Virus record (IMG/VR): IMGVR_UViG_3300037336_000025
Coordinates: 64,001-128,000 of that record
Strand: one strand, 5' to 3'
Source of the DNA: a virus
Length of the DNA: 64,000 nt
Shown in pieces: positions 1 to 9,469 of the stretch. Made by a program: the position numbers and the translations under genes. Under the pieces are notes generated by a model. The model was not told where the DNA came from. It made no database searches and worked only from the letters and a program-made list of their open reading frames with translations. Position 1 is the stretch's first letter, and the number at the start of each line of letters is the position of its first letter.

Positions 1-3000
1 TTAGTTCGTTACTAGCTGTCGATATTACAATATCTTTAAGAGTTGAAAACACTCCTGTCTTAGAATTAATTGTTTGCCCTAATATATTTGTAGTTGTATT
101 GGACCTATCAAAGCTGTCTGTAATAAATTCAAACGGTTTCATTAAACACATTGCTAATGTTACAGCAAACGGCCATTCGCTGCTAGATCTCCAAGCATAC
201 TCTGCTGGGCTAACATCCCCTAATACGAAGCTTCCTCTGTTGTTTATCAATGTAAAGTTTTTAGATACCCCGGCGTCTAACGGACTTAGTAAGTTACCGT
301 CACTATCAACCGGAATATATGTTGTTAATCCAGGACGCTTGTATCTATCATACGTTCCAGCAGTAGTGCCTTTGCGGATTATGCCAGCTTCAAGGTCTTC
401 CCAAAGAATTAAGTTGCCGCTAGTATAAGGAGCAGAACCGTACTCTGCTTCCCACCATACTGGCTGCTCTGAAAATCCTAACATTTCCCAAGGGCAACGA
501 TGTGGGCGATCAGTGTCAAAGAACCACTGGTATACTCCTCTCCAGTACCCTGGCAAATTTTGTGTACCAGATGGGTCGGTCATGTTACTGTATGTGTAAG
601 TGAAAGAATTTTCACTATCAAAATACTCGTTAATTGTATAGTTAATATTTGTGTTTTGAACCCACTTTAAAAACTCTTGCACAACAATGCCGTCTAATTG
701 AGATTTAGTATACAATACGTTACTGTAGTATCCGCCTACTACTAAATCATTATCAAAAATAGCTGTATTATATTCTTGCTTAATGTTGTTGTAAATTCTG
801 TATTCTAGTTCTAATAATAGATCATCACGGAAATCACCGTAAGAGGCAGTAATACTACCGTCGTGGCCTTGAATTACTTCTCTAGGTTCTTGGTAAGTAT
901 CATCGACAAATTTCATTGGTGTGTATTTTTTATACAGTCCCATTGATGTTGGTGTTGACGGAATATAGTTTGCTGCTGTCGAAATATATTCTCTAATTTC
1001 AACTTCGTCGTTTTCTGCCAAGTCAGCTAAAATAGTTATAAAACCAAAAGTAGCATTAAATTCATATTCTGTAGCGTTCAATAACTGTTGATTGTTTATG
1101 TAAACATAAACTGCTCTGTTGCTTAGTTCAGTTAGTGTAAATTTCTCTGATAATGCAAATGTTGTAATTCCAGTATCTTCTACTGTATAGTTGATAGCAA
1201 TAAATGCGCCGCTGCCAATCATGTCAGAATTTGAAAATGCACTATCTGCATTTTTTGTCTTGGTTAAGTCGGTAATGATATCATCAACAAAATTAATTAA
1301 GTTATCGTTATAATCTATAGTAGTAGACCTAGCAATAAAATTATTTTTAAAATCTGTATAAGATTTTCTAGCATGTTGAATTGATTTAATTATGTTAGAA
1401 GTTTTATCACATAATAAACTAACTGCTAACGGTGCAATTCCAGAATGCTTTAAAAATCTTTTTGCAAACGGTTGGTAGTCATCTAGATCTCGAATATTAG
1501 AAATGCCTGGAATATTTCCAGAATATCTAGTATCAAACTCAACTGATCCAGCTACGTGATCAATTGCCTGGCCTAATGTAAAAGTTGTTAATGCTTGATT
1601 TAACGGATTCTTTTCAAGACTAACCGGCATTTCATAATACCCGGTATCTGGAGACAAATCTGTAATTATTTTAACATATACAACGTCGTCAACTGCAAAA
1701 TTATTTGCAAAAGTGAATACTCCGCGCTCTCTAGTAATAGGCGTTACTTGTTTTTGCTGTTGGTTAACATAGAAATTAATTATTAAATTAGTATTATCAG
1801 TAACATTATCCCAGTTAATAGTTGTTAACTTTATAGTGTTAGTTACTTCGGTAATGACCTGACTATCAATGATAGGCTGGATATATGTATTATCAGTTTT
1901 AGTCCATCCGTTTAAATAAACATCGTCTGGATTAATTTTGAAATATCCGCTAGATATATTTTTAGTCAACTCTAATTGATCAAGAGTGTATGTGAAATTA
2001 TCAATTTCCCAATTCCAGTCAAACTGGATGTCGCCCACATTGTCAATATTCAAGTAACTTAGACTAAATCCTAATTCTTTGTCCGCAATACTGTTTCCAA
2101 TCTTGTATGCAAATAGTTTGTTTCCGTTAAAAGAATTTATAGGGTACGTATCAGTATTGGAAAAACTTATTCCATTACTGTCAAACACATCAAATAGCGG
2201 AGGCTGGTTGACTGCTGTTTTTGCTTGGCTAGCTAACCAACTTGATCCATTGAAATAATACATCAATCCGCCGTTATTCTTACCTCGACGTACTAATACT
2301 CCGGCGCCTGCTACAGAATCAGAATCTGTAGTTTCTGCTAAATGTATTCGTTTTTTGTTATTATGTGTAATAAAGTTAACTTCGTAAATTTTATTGTTTG
2401 CAAGAATATCAGTATCAGCAGTTACTAAAATTCGAGCGCCTTCAAATAAATTTTCTCCATCAATGTTGTAGCCAACACTACCTTCTATTTTAGAAAATAC
2501 ATCTGTTGTATAATCATCAATATAGTCTACAACTTCTTTAGAAATACTACCATGATTAAACAATTGAATGTTTGACTTAAACTCAATGATAGGACGTTTT
2601 GCTCTTTGAGATTCAGTTGCTGAAAAATCTTCGCCTCGTAAAGTGTAAGAATATTCTAATACATTTCGGTGGAACCAACGGTTATAACGACTCCAAGGAT
2701 TAGTATCTTTGCTATCACGTTTGATAGTGATATAATCTTTCTGTGCAGGATATGTTGTTGCATCGTCAAACGGCTGAGTATCAAATCCTTCATTATCAAA
2801 TACAACTTCCGGAGTATCTGTTGTCAACACAGGAACAATAAGATCTGCAAACCGTGTTAATGTAATTGCTGTGCCTACTCCTTCTACTAGCCAACTGTCT
2901 AGACTATATTTTAAAGGAGTAACTTGTCCTCTAAATTCTAAAACCATGCCGTTTGAGAATGTTATTCCGTTGCTGCTAGTGTAGGTTATTTTGCCAATGA

Positions 3001-3985
3001 TGTCTTTATCAATGTTTATCTTTGTGTTTGCCTCAATATCAGTAATTAGAAACCTACCAAACTTGTTAGGATCAATTAAACTTTGATAGAATAATACATC
3101 AGGTGCGTCGTACGGTACTTTAAAAGTTAAGGTTCCGTTTTCAATTCCATTATTAGTAACACCAATGCTATAGTCAAGGGCAGTGCCTGACGCTACAAGT
3201 GCTATAAATTCCCAATCCTGACTTCCAAGCGTAATACTACTGCTGGCTCCAGACGCAATTGCTACTTTAGCTTTCCATAGTTTGCCATCATATACCGCTT
3301 GTTCGTTTGCAGAATATGGGCGGGCTGGATTGAATATTAATGAGCCAGTGTCATAGTTTGTTCTAATTGCAAACCCTTCTTTAGGTGCTTTAATTTGAAA
3401 TTTATATGATTGGCCACGGTATAGTGTAATTGTTGGATTATTAGTAAATGAATCAGGAGTAAAGATAAAAGAGTTTAATCCGAGAGCAACTTTGTATGTG
3501 CTAATAATTTTTGCTGATTGACCGAATACTGGTATCGCTGGTGGTCCACTAGGTTCCCAGTAGTATTCGCGATAGTTAATAAACTTGTCCCAGTCAATAG
3601 GAGGATTCCAACTGTAGTGTTCTTGGCCTGTGATTAAGTCGTCACGTTCCTCTGTATTTCCAAAGAACTGTAATTGATTTTTAAAATCGAGATAATCGTA
3701 GAAACTGTCTACAGTGTTATTGGTTCTAGAAACTACTCCAGGTTCTAACTGATATCTGCTACGTAGTGTATTATCAGTATCAATATAGATATCAGATCCG
3801 TTGTATGTATTTCCATAGCGTCTTCCAACATATCCTACTAACTTTTGTAAGGTGCCTGGTTGAACTAACGGATCAACCACTGCCGACATGAATTTGTCAT
3901 TCGCGTCTGATCTAAAAACTGTTGGTAACAATTCAACAGTTTTTCTGATTGGTAAACCGCTTTGAGGGAATTTTTTATCTGCCAT
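1..3985 (-). CDS. Very large baseplate wedge/structural protein (gp7-like position), partial: runs off the left edge (>1328 aa)
   Basis: ATG at 3985 reads MADKKFPQSGLPIRKTVELLPTVFRSDANDKFMSAVVDPLVQPGTLQKLVGYVGRR. The frame is open wherever I translated it, including positions 2-120. It is missing from the ORF track, consistent with no stop before the edge. It lies directly downstream of gp6. Confidence 0.75.
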   Translation of the reverse strand, partial: MADKKFPQSGLPIRKTVELLPTVFRSDANDKFMSAVVDPLVQPGTLQKLVGYVGRRYGNTYNGSDIYIDTDNTLRSRYQLEPGVVSRTNNTVDSFYDYLDFKNQLQFFGNTEERDDLITGQEHYSWNPPIDWDKFINYREYYWEPSGPPAIPVFGQSAKIISTYKVALGLNSFIFTPDSFTNNPTITLYRGQSYKFQIKAPKEGFAIRTNYDTGSLIFNPARPYSANEQAVYDGKLWKAKVAIASGASSSITLGSQDWEFIALVASGTALDYSIGVTNNGIENGTLTFKVPYDAPDVLFYQSLIDPNKFGRFLITDIEANTKINIDKDIIGKITYTSSNGITFSNGMVLEFRGQVTPLKYSLDSWLVEGVGTAITLTRFADLIVPVLTTDTPEVVFDNEGFDTQPFDDATTYPAQKDYITIKRDSKDTNPWSRYNRWFHRNVLEYSYTLRGEDFSATESQRAKRPIIEFKSNIQLFNHGSISKEVVDYIDDYTTDVFSKIEGSVGYNIDGENLFEGARILVTADTDILANNKIYEVNFITHNNKKRIHLAETTDSDSVAGAGVLVRRGKNNGGLMYYFNGSSWLASQAKTAVNQPPLFDVFDSNGISFSNTDTYPINSFNGNKLFAYKIGNSIADKELGFSLSYLNIDNVGDIQFDWNWEIDNFTYTLDQLELTKNISSGYFKINPDDVYLNGWTKTDNTYIQPIIDSQVITEVTNTIKLTTINWDNVTDNTNLIINFYVNQQQKQVTPITRERGVFTFANNFAVDDVVYVKIITDLSPDTGYYEMPVSLEKNPLNQALTTFTLGQAIDHVAGSVEFDTRYSGNIPGISNIRDLDDYQPFAKRFLKHSGIAPLAVSLLCDKTSNIIKSIQHARKSYTDFKNNFIARSTTIDYNDNLINFVDDIITDLTKTKNADSAFSNSDMIGSGAFIAINYTVEDTGITTFALSEKFTLTELSNRAVYVYINNQQLLNATEYEFNATFGFITILADLAENDEVEIREYISTAANYIPSTPTSMGLYKKYTPMKFVDDTYQEPREVIQGHDGSITASYGDFRDDLLLELEYRIYNNIKQEYNTAIFDNDLVVGGYYSNVLYTKSQLDGIVVQEFLKWVQNTNINYTINEYFDSENSFTYTYSNMTDPSGTQNLPGYWRGVYQWFFDTDRPHRCPWEMLGFSEQPVWWEAEYGSAPYTSGNLILWEDLEAGIIRKGTTAGTYDRYKRPGLTTYIPVDSDGNLLSPLDAGVSKNFTLINNRGSFVLGDVSPAEYAWRSSSEWPFAVTLAMCLMKPFEFITDSFDRSNTTTNILGQTINSKTGVFSTLKDIVISTASNEL

Positions 3986-4007
3986 ATTTTATCTTCTTAA
4001 TACTCTG

Positions 4008-7000
4008 TTAAACGCTAGAACCGACTTCGGCGGTTGTTATTGCTGACACTATTTCTACATCATCTACTGTTGCGCCGCTGATTAAAATTTCGTCAGGCCC
4101 GCTTTGAATTTCAAATAAACTACCAAATGCTAAACTAGCCTGTCTTGGTGTTATTGTTAAATTGCTAATGTCTGGTGCTGTTTGATTTAGTATATATGTG
4201 TTCATTTCACTTAGGTAAAATCTATCTCCGAAGTCCCAATTGTTTATATCAAAGAACTCATTAATAGCTGTGATAATTCTTACTTTGAGGTCGTTGTCGT
4301 TGATTGCTTTATTAGGATTCTTAACTACTTTAAATTGTGCTTGTAGATTCGCTGCCGCAGTGCTGCCAAATAATACTTTGTAGGTTACCGGATGATATAT
4401 AATCTCATCGCTGATCGATTTAATCGCATTTAGATTTGTACCAAACGTTATTTGCAAACTATCGCTGCTAGGTGCTTCTGGTTCTGTACTTCCGCCTGCT
4501 AGATAAATCCTATAAGCAGTATCATAACTTCTAGTCATTAAAAATACATCAATAATATTACTTACGCTAGGATCAATTCGGCGATCAACACTAGCGTTAT
4601 GCACGTATTGGAATTTTAATTTATCTCTACCAACTACTCCTTTGTAGGAGCTTTCTAATATCAATGTGTTAGTAACTTTGTTTACTCGCTTAACACGATT
4701 TTCTGCAGAGTCATAAAAATAAATTAAATTGCCGTTGGCATAATCATTAACGTTAACTAGTGATTCTTTCTGTACCACTGTGATATTATTAGAAGAATTA
4801 TCAACCAATTCGTATGTTGTGTTTCCTGCAGAATCTGTTACTTCTTGGAAGAATAGATAATTTAAATCTGCATCTTCACCTATAATCTGTTCAAATTGCT
4901 CAGGATTATCAATAACGCCGTCGCTGTCAATATCTGAAAATGCAACTTTGATTTCTTTTGCACTTTCATATCCATCGTCAAATTTAATAGTATCGGTAAC
5001 TTCAAATGCGAAATCCTGCTTGATAGCACTACCTGATCCATCGCTAACTGTGTTGATTCCTAAAATTGTTACAGTATCTTTTACAACTGCGCCAACTTGA
5101 TTATTGTATTGTTTTTGGTTAACATCATAGTAAAATCTATTTTGTTCAACACTACCAGCAATATAGTCTAGGCCTCGTATCCGTACTCTATATTGATCTG
5201 CTTCTCTAATAAATGCAATTATCCATGATGCATCTAAATTGTTGCTAGTAGTGTCACCTGAACGTCCTAAACTAAAGTCACTAACTGAATCTAGGTTAGA
5301 TGAAGTGATAATATTCCATGTTGATGCTTCAACTTCAAATCGCAGTCCAAAATTTAAATTTTGAGATACTTGATTAACAATTTCCGATTCTAATGCAGCA
5401 GGCAGATCATTTACAAATTTTGGAATAATACGCTGAGCTATTGCTCCAGACGGAATAGTATCACTAAACGACACAGGACCTAGTCCCGATGTTAATATAC
5501 CTCTGCCAGAATTTGTACCGTCGCCGACAACTTTAATTACTTTGGTCCACAGTCGATCAGTTTGCAACGAATCTGCAAGGTTAATGTCTACAATTTGTCC
5601 ATTCTTAAATGCTTTACCTGTAGGAGGAACAAATTTAACCAACGCACCAAATTTAACATATTTTAAATTATTAGTAGAATAAGTGCCAACTTGGAATAAC
5701 GATTGGTCTACTGAGTTTTTAAAATACCCGGTAGTAAGATTTACTTGAGTTGTTGTTTGTTCCCATACAGTGTTAGTTTCAGTGAATGTTATTTTATCAA
5801 AATTAGTTATGTAGAAGTTATAAACATCGGTGTCTGTAAATACAGGCTCAACACTACGCTTAATAAAATTAATAATATCTATTCGGTTTGACCATTTAAA
5901 AGTCAATGCTCTTTCAATTTCTTCTTTATATAAGAATCCGTCATTTGCAAATACATTAACTGAACTGTATTTTCCGCTGGCATCAATAATTTCAAAGTTG
6001 CGAGAAATTCCGCTACTTGTTCTATTAACTGCTTTAATTTTTAAAATATCTTGGCTACTTGATAACGGTGCAAGATTGTAATCTTCACCAGTAATCATTC
6101 TATTTTGTGTATAATATACCGCAGGTGCATTTGTTCTAATAGTGTCAATATCTTCAGAAGCTGCACTTGAAGATACACTTGACTGCAATGCTAGCCCAAT
6201 AGTTAATGTATGCTGTACTCCTTGTTTGTTAGTATAAGGAACTGCAATGTTAATACCGCGCATTTCTGCCGGTGCAATAGTATATGATAATCCGTTACTA
6301 ACTCTATAGTAAACTCTAAATGCACCTTGTGGAATATTACCGTATACTCCATCAGCAAATTTTAAATCAATACGGTCGTTTTCTTTAGTAACAACTGAGT
6401 AGATATTTCTAATATCTTGACTTAGACTATTGTAGGCAATATTGTTACCTAGTAACGTAGATACCGGAGTCCATTCATTTAGTTGTGTGCCTGTTGAGCT
6501 TAGGCTGTATAACCATACATCATTGTTATTAATGTTAACACTGTCAACTGAGACTGTTTCATTAGTTGTAGGAACTTCAATATTAAAGTCTGCAAGCTCT
6601 AAACTGCCCTGTTTAAACATCAAGTAAAAACCAGTGTTAGAACTACCAGGCCCTTTGCCGTCATTACGGTAGACAAATCCTACTTGATTACCAGGAACAG
6701 GCGGTTCTTCGTATATGCTGGTGCTACCATTAAATGATGTGCTTACAATTTCAAAAGCCATGCCGCGGCCGGCTACAGTTTTGTTAAATGTGTAAACTGC
6801 AACGTCTGTGCTAGTGCTACGCAATCTATATTGTTCTGTAGGAATGCCTTGTATAGTTGCACTACCTTGGCTGCGCCCAAACTCTGTATTATCTGCCATT
6901 GCAGAATTCAACACAGTTATGAATTGTTCTAACCAATTAGTGTTAGTTGGGTCGTTCCAAGAGATAATTTGCTGTGCTAAGTTTTTACCGTTACTATCAA

Positions 7001-7388
7001 GAATGTCTTCGGTAGTTGTAACTGTAGAGAATTTTAAAAGACCGCTAGAAGAGATGTTTCTTTTGGCGTTGTAGCTTAACATACGAGCAAGACGTAGGAC
7101 ACTTTCCTTACGCTCTGCAAGCTCAATAAAGTTTTCTCTTGATGCTAGATCAATACGGAAAGCAAGACTTTGACCTAAAAATGCAACAGCATCAATAAGA
7201 GCCATGTACTCAGATGACTCAATATAATCGTTAAAATCTTCCGGATAGTTTTCACGGAGATAGGTAATAATGACACGACGTAAATTTTCAAAGTCGTAAC
7301 TTTTAAAGTCAGCATTACTAAACGTCTGGTAGATTCTAGTCCAATCTTGGTTTAAAATTAAGTTATTTTGTCTTGTTGTCGTTGTCAT
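4008..7388 (-). CDS. gp6: Baseplate wedge subunit, gp6-like (1126 aa)
   Basis: N-terminus DFKSYDFENLRRVIITYLRENYPEDFNDYIESSE...ENFIELAERKESVLRLARMLSYNAKR, plus FADGVYGNIP and YYTQNRMITGEDY, are typical gp6 motifs; follows gp25. Confidence 0.85.
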   Translation of the reverse strand: MTTTTRQNNLILNQDWTRIYQTFSNADFKSYDFENLRRVIITYLRENYPEDFNDYIESSEYMALIDAVAFLGQSLAFRIDLASRENFIELAERKESVLRLARMLSYNAKRNISSSGLLKFSTVTTTEDILDSNGKNLAQQIISWNDPTNTNWLEQFITVLNSAMADNTEFGRSQGSATIQGIPTEQYRLRSTSTDVAVYTFNKTVAGRGMAFEIVSTSFNGSTSIYEEPPVPGNQVGFVYRNDGKGPGSSNTGFYLMFKQGSLELADFNIEVPTTNETVSVDSVNINNNDVWLYSLSSTGTQLNEWTPVSTLLGNNIAYNSLSQDIRNIYSVVTKENDRIDLKFADGVYGNIPQGAFRVYYRVSNGLSYTIAPAEMRGINIAVPYTNKQGVQHTLTIGLALQSSVSSSAASEDIDTIRTNAPAVYYTQNRMITGEDYNLAPLSSSQDILKIKAVNRTSSGISRNFEIIDASGKYSSVNVFANDGFLYKEEIERALTFKWSNRIDIINFIKRSVEPVFTDTDVYNFYITNFDKITFTETNTVWEQTTTQVNLTTGYFKNSVDQSLFQVGTYSTNNLKYVKFGALVKFVPPTGKAFKNGQIVDINLADSLQTDRLWTKVIKVVGDGTNSGRGILTSGLGPVSFSDTIPSGAIAQRIIPKFVNDLPAALESEIVNQVSQNLNFGLRFEVEASTWNIITSSNLDSVSDFSLGRSGDTTSNNLDASWIIAFIREADQYRVRIRGLDYIAGSVEQNRFYYDVNQKQYNNQVGAVVKDTVTILGINTVSDGSGSAIKQDFAFEVTDTIKFDDGYESAKEIKVAFSDIDSDGVIDNPEQFEQIIGEDADLNYLFFQEVTDSAGNTTYELVDNSSNNITVVQKESLVNVNDYANGNLIYFYDSAENRVKRVNKVTNTLILESSYKGVVGRDKLKFQYVHNASVDRRIDPSVSNIIDVFLMTRSYDTAYRIYLAGGSTEPEAPSSDSLQITFGTNLNAIKSISDEIIYHPVTYKVLFGSTAAANLQAQFKVVKNPNKAINDNDLKVRIITAINEFFDINNWDFGDRFYLSEMNTYILNQTAPDISNLTITPRQASLAFGSLFEIQSGPDEILISGATVDDVEIVSAITTAEVGSSV

Positions 7389-7406
7389 CTTTCAGTCCTA
7401 TAATCA

Positions 7407-7412
7407 TATTTA
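7407..7412 (-). promoter_or_regulatory. Putative late promoter core TAAATA upstream of gp6
   Basis: GGTAAATATG on the minus strand 18 nt upstream of the gp6 ATG; the same hexamer precedes many structural genes here; resembles the T4 late TATAAATA box. Confidence 0.5.
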
Positions 7413-7430
7413 CCAAACAAAATAATGTGC

Positions 7431-7868
7431 TCAGTTAATGACGGAATTGTCCTTGTCGAAATTAAAACTCATGCGCTCGTTAATGTTAAAGGGTATATAT
7501 GTAATATCTGCTTGTATTCTAATACCCTGGTCAGTACTATCTATTTGTACTTGATTTACCGCAATACGAGGATCATAATTGATAATGTCCTCAACATCTT
7601 TGGCAATCATATTTTTTACATCTTCAGTAAATTGTTCGAACAGCATGTCCCAGATAATTGTACCAAACTCTGGATTTTCTAATTTTTCACCCTTACGGAT
7701 ATAAAAATGATTGATTAAATCCTGTTTGACTAAGTCTATATCATAGAGCTTAAAGTTCTTTTTAGTTTCGCTTGAACTAAATCCTTTGTAGGCAAAGCTG
7801 CCTCCTGCATCGCCGACCGATGCTTTATTAACTGCAACAGTTTTTTGATTATATAATTTATTGGCCAT
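7431..7868 (-). CDS. gp25: Baseplate wedge subunit gp25-like (GPW/gp25 family)
   Basis: LYDIDLVKQDLINHFYIRKGEKLENPEFGTIIWDMLFE...IINYDPRIAV matches the gp25 R-G-E-x-x-x-x-P-x-FG pattern. Confidence 0.9.
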   Translation of the reverse strand: MANKLYNQKTVAVNKASVGDAGGSFAYKGFSSSETKKNFKLYDIDLVKQDLINHFYIRKGEKLENPEFGTIIWDMLFEQFTEDVKNMIAKDVEDIINYDPRIAVNQVQIDSTDQGIRIQADITYIPFNINERMSFNFDKDNSVIN

Positions 7869-7869
7869 G

Positions 7870-9468
7870 TTATACGTCCCTATCCGTGTTATCCGGAGTT
7901 AATAAGTTAGGTGCTTGATTCTCATGCAGCGGCCAAGGCTCGTGCATAGGTATGCGTTTCATAATACTGTTTGTGGTACCTGACTGATATTTTGTTGATG
8001 CCCAATTCCTATCACCACTCGTTACTGGATTAGCATGTAACGGTAACGGCCTAACGAAGTCGGCATTTACTGCTGGATCAGCAGCAAGATCACTGTTCAT
8101 GTTAATAGTTGCCGCAGTTTCTTTATGATCCCCTGCACTACCTATACTAGTGTTTCCAGAAGTACTAAATTTGTTATCACCGCCTGAATTAAGATCAAAT
8201 GTTCCTACTTGAGATACTTTTGTATTTGCACCTACAAGTATATCAAGATTCTTACCTATAGTAATTTTGCCATCAGCATTGGCAAATACTTCAAAATTTG
8301 TTGCAGTTTCAACATGCATTTGCCCAGACAACGTTTTGATATTAATGTTGCGGCCAGCTTCCATGTTAATATCACGGGCTGCTTTAATGTTTAAATCATT
8401 TTCAGTATGGATACTGATACTATCGGCAGCATAGATATCTATTTTACCATTGCTAGTCAGTTCTACCCATGATGTACCTCTAGCATTTCCAATGTAGATT
8501 AAATCTTCGCTGTTATGCATTAGCAGTTGGTGGCCGGTTCTTGTACGGATACGGAAGTATTCGCTGTACGGAATAGTAGGGTCGCCCTTTTCGCCGGCAA
8601 GTACATCTGCATACTTTACAGGGCCGCCTGTTGGACCTCCTGCTGGCGTTGCACGTTGATAACGATCGTCGCCGTCGTCCATGACAAACTGTGTTCCGCC
8701 TAGTCTGCTGACTGGAACTGTTGCAGTTGTTTGGCTTGACAATGTTCCTAATCTTGCTTTCTTTGCTTGGCTACGTTTGTCTAGTGGTCCTGGAGTAGAT
8801 ATTCCGAATACCATGCTAGGAGTATTACGTCTAGCACTTGAAGTAGTAACTCCCCGGACATCATCTTCTACTAGTCCTTGTTCTAAGAATCTTTCAGCAA
8901 TAGGGTGTAATGGCCTCTTTTTATTATCAATGTCAACTGACTGGTCTTTTGCATTCAATCTACGATTTAGTTCTGCAATTGGCAATGGCTGTTTAGTATT
9001 ATATTTGTCTTTGTCCGCCTTGTCCATATCGACTTGTGTTGACCCTGCGATTGCAGGAACCATATTATTAGCAAATCTACTAGGTATACATCCAATCCAA
9101 TATCCTTGACTAGGATCTCCATCAACAAATACTACTAATACTGTTACTCCCGGATCTGGTGGTACGAACCACATACCATAGCTTTTTTGAGTATCGTTAA
9201 ACGCTTCAATTGTTGGAACTTTTCCGTCAGTAGCAGTATTTTGTCCCATGTTCTCATAGGCAGTGTACCCATAAAATGGCTGGGCACATTTTACAATGTA
9301 TGTTTGTGTATCCTCGCCAATAGTGTTTCCTTGATTTCTAAGTAAAGTAACTTCTAAACTTCCCATAAAACTTGGATCTAAGTGACTAATAATTTTAGCC
9401 AAGTAGGGCCCTGCGCCGATATCTTTTTTGTCTGTTACTGCTACTGAGCTACGTTTTTGTTGTGACAT
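7870..9468 (-). CDS. gp5: Baseplate central spike/hub protein, gp5-like (OB-fold N-terminus plus beta-helix)
   Basis: GPYLAKIISHLDPSFMGSLEV...SYGMWFVPPDPGVTVLVVFVDGDPSQGYWIGC (gp5/VgrG OB domain); RIRTRTGHQLLMHNSEDLIYIGNARGTSWVELTSNGKIDIYA beta-helix repeats. Confidence 0.8.
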   Translation of the reverse strand: MSQQKRSSVAVTDKKDIGAGPYLAKIISHLDPSFMGSLEVTLLRNQGNTIGEDTQTYIVKCAQPFYGYTAYENMGQNTATDGKVPTIEAFNDTQKSYGMWFVPPDPGVTVLVVFVDGDPSQGYWIGCIPSRFANNMVPAIAGSTQVDMDKADKDKYNTKQPLPIAELNRRLNAKDQSVDIDNKKRPLHPIAERFLEQGLVEDDVRGVTTSSARRNTPSMVFGISTPGPLDKRSQAKKARLGTLSSQTTATVPVSRLGGTQFVMDDGDDRYQRATPAGGPTGGPVKYADVLAGEKGDPTIPYSEYFRIRTRTGHQLLMHNSEDLIYIGNARGTSWVELTSNGKIDIYAADSISIHTENDLNIKAARDINMEAGRNINIKTLSGQMHVETATNFEVFANADGKITIGKNLDILVGANTKVSQVGTFDLNSGGDNKFSTSGNTSIGSAGDHKETAATINMNSDLAADPAVNADFVRPLPLHANPVTSGDRNWASTKYQSGTTNSIMKRIPMHEPWPLHENQAPNLLTPDNTDRDV

Positions 9469-9469
9469 A

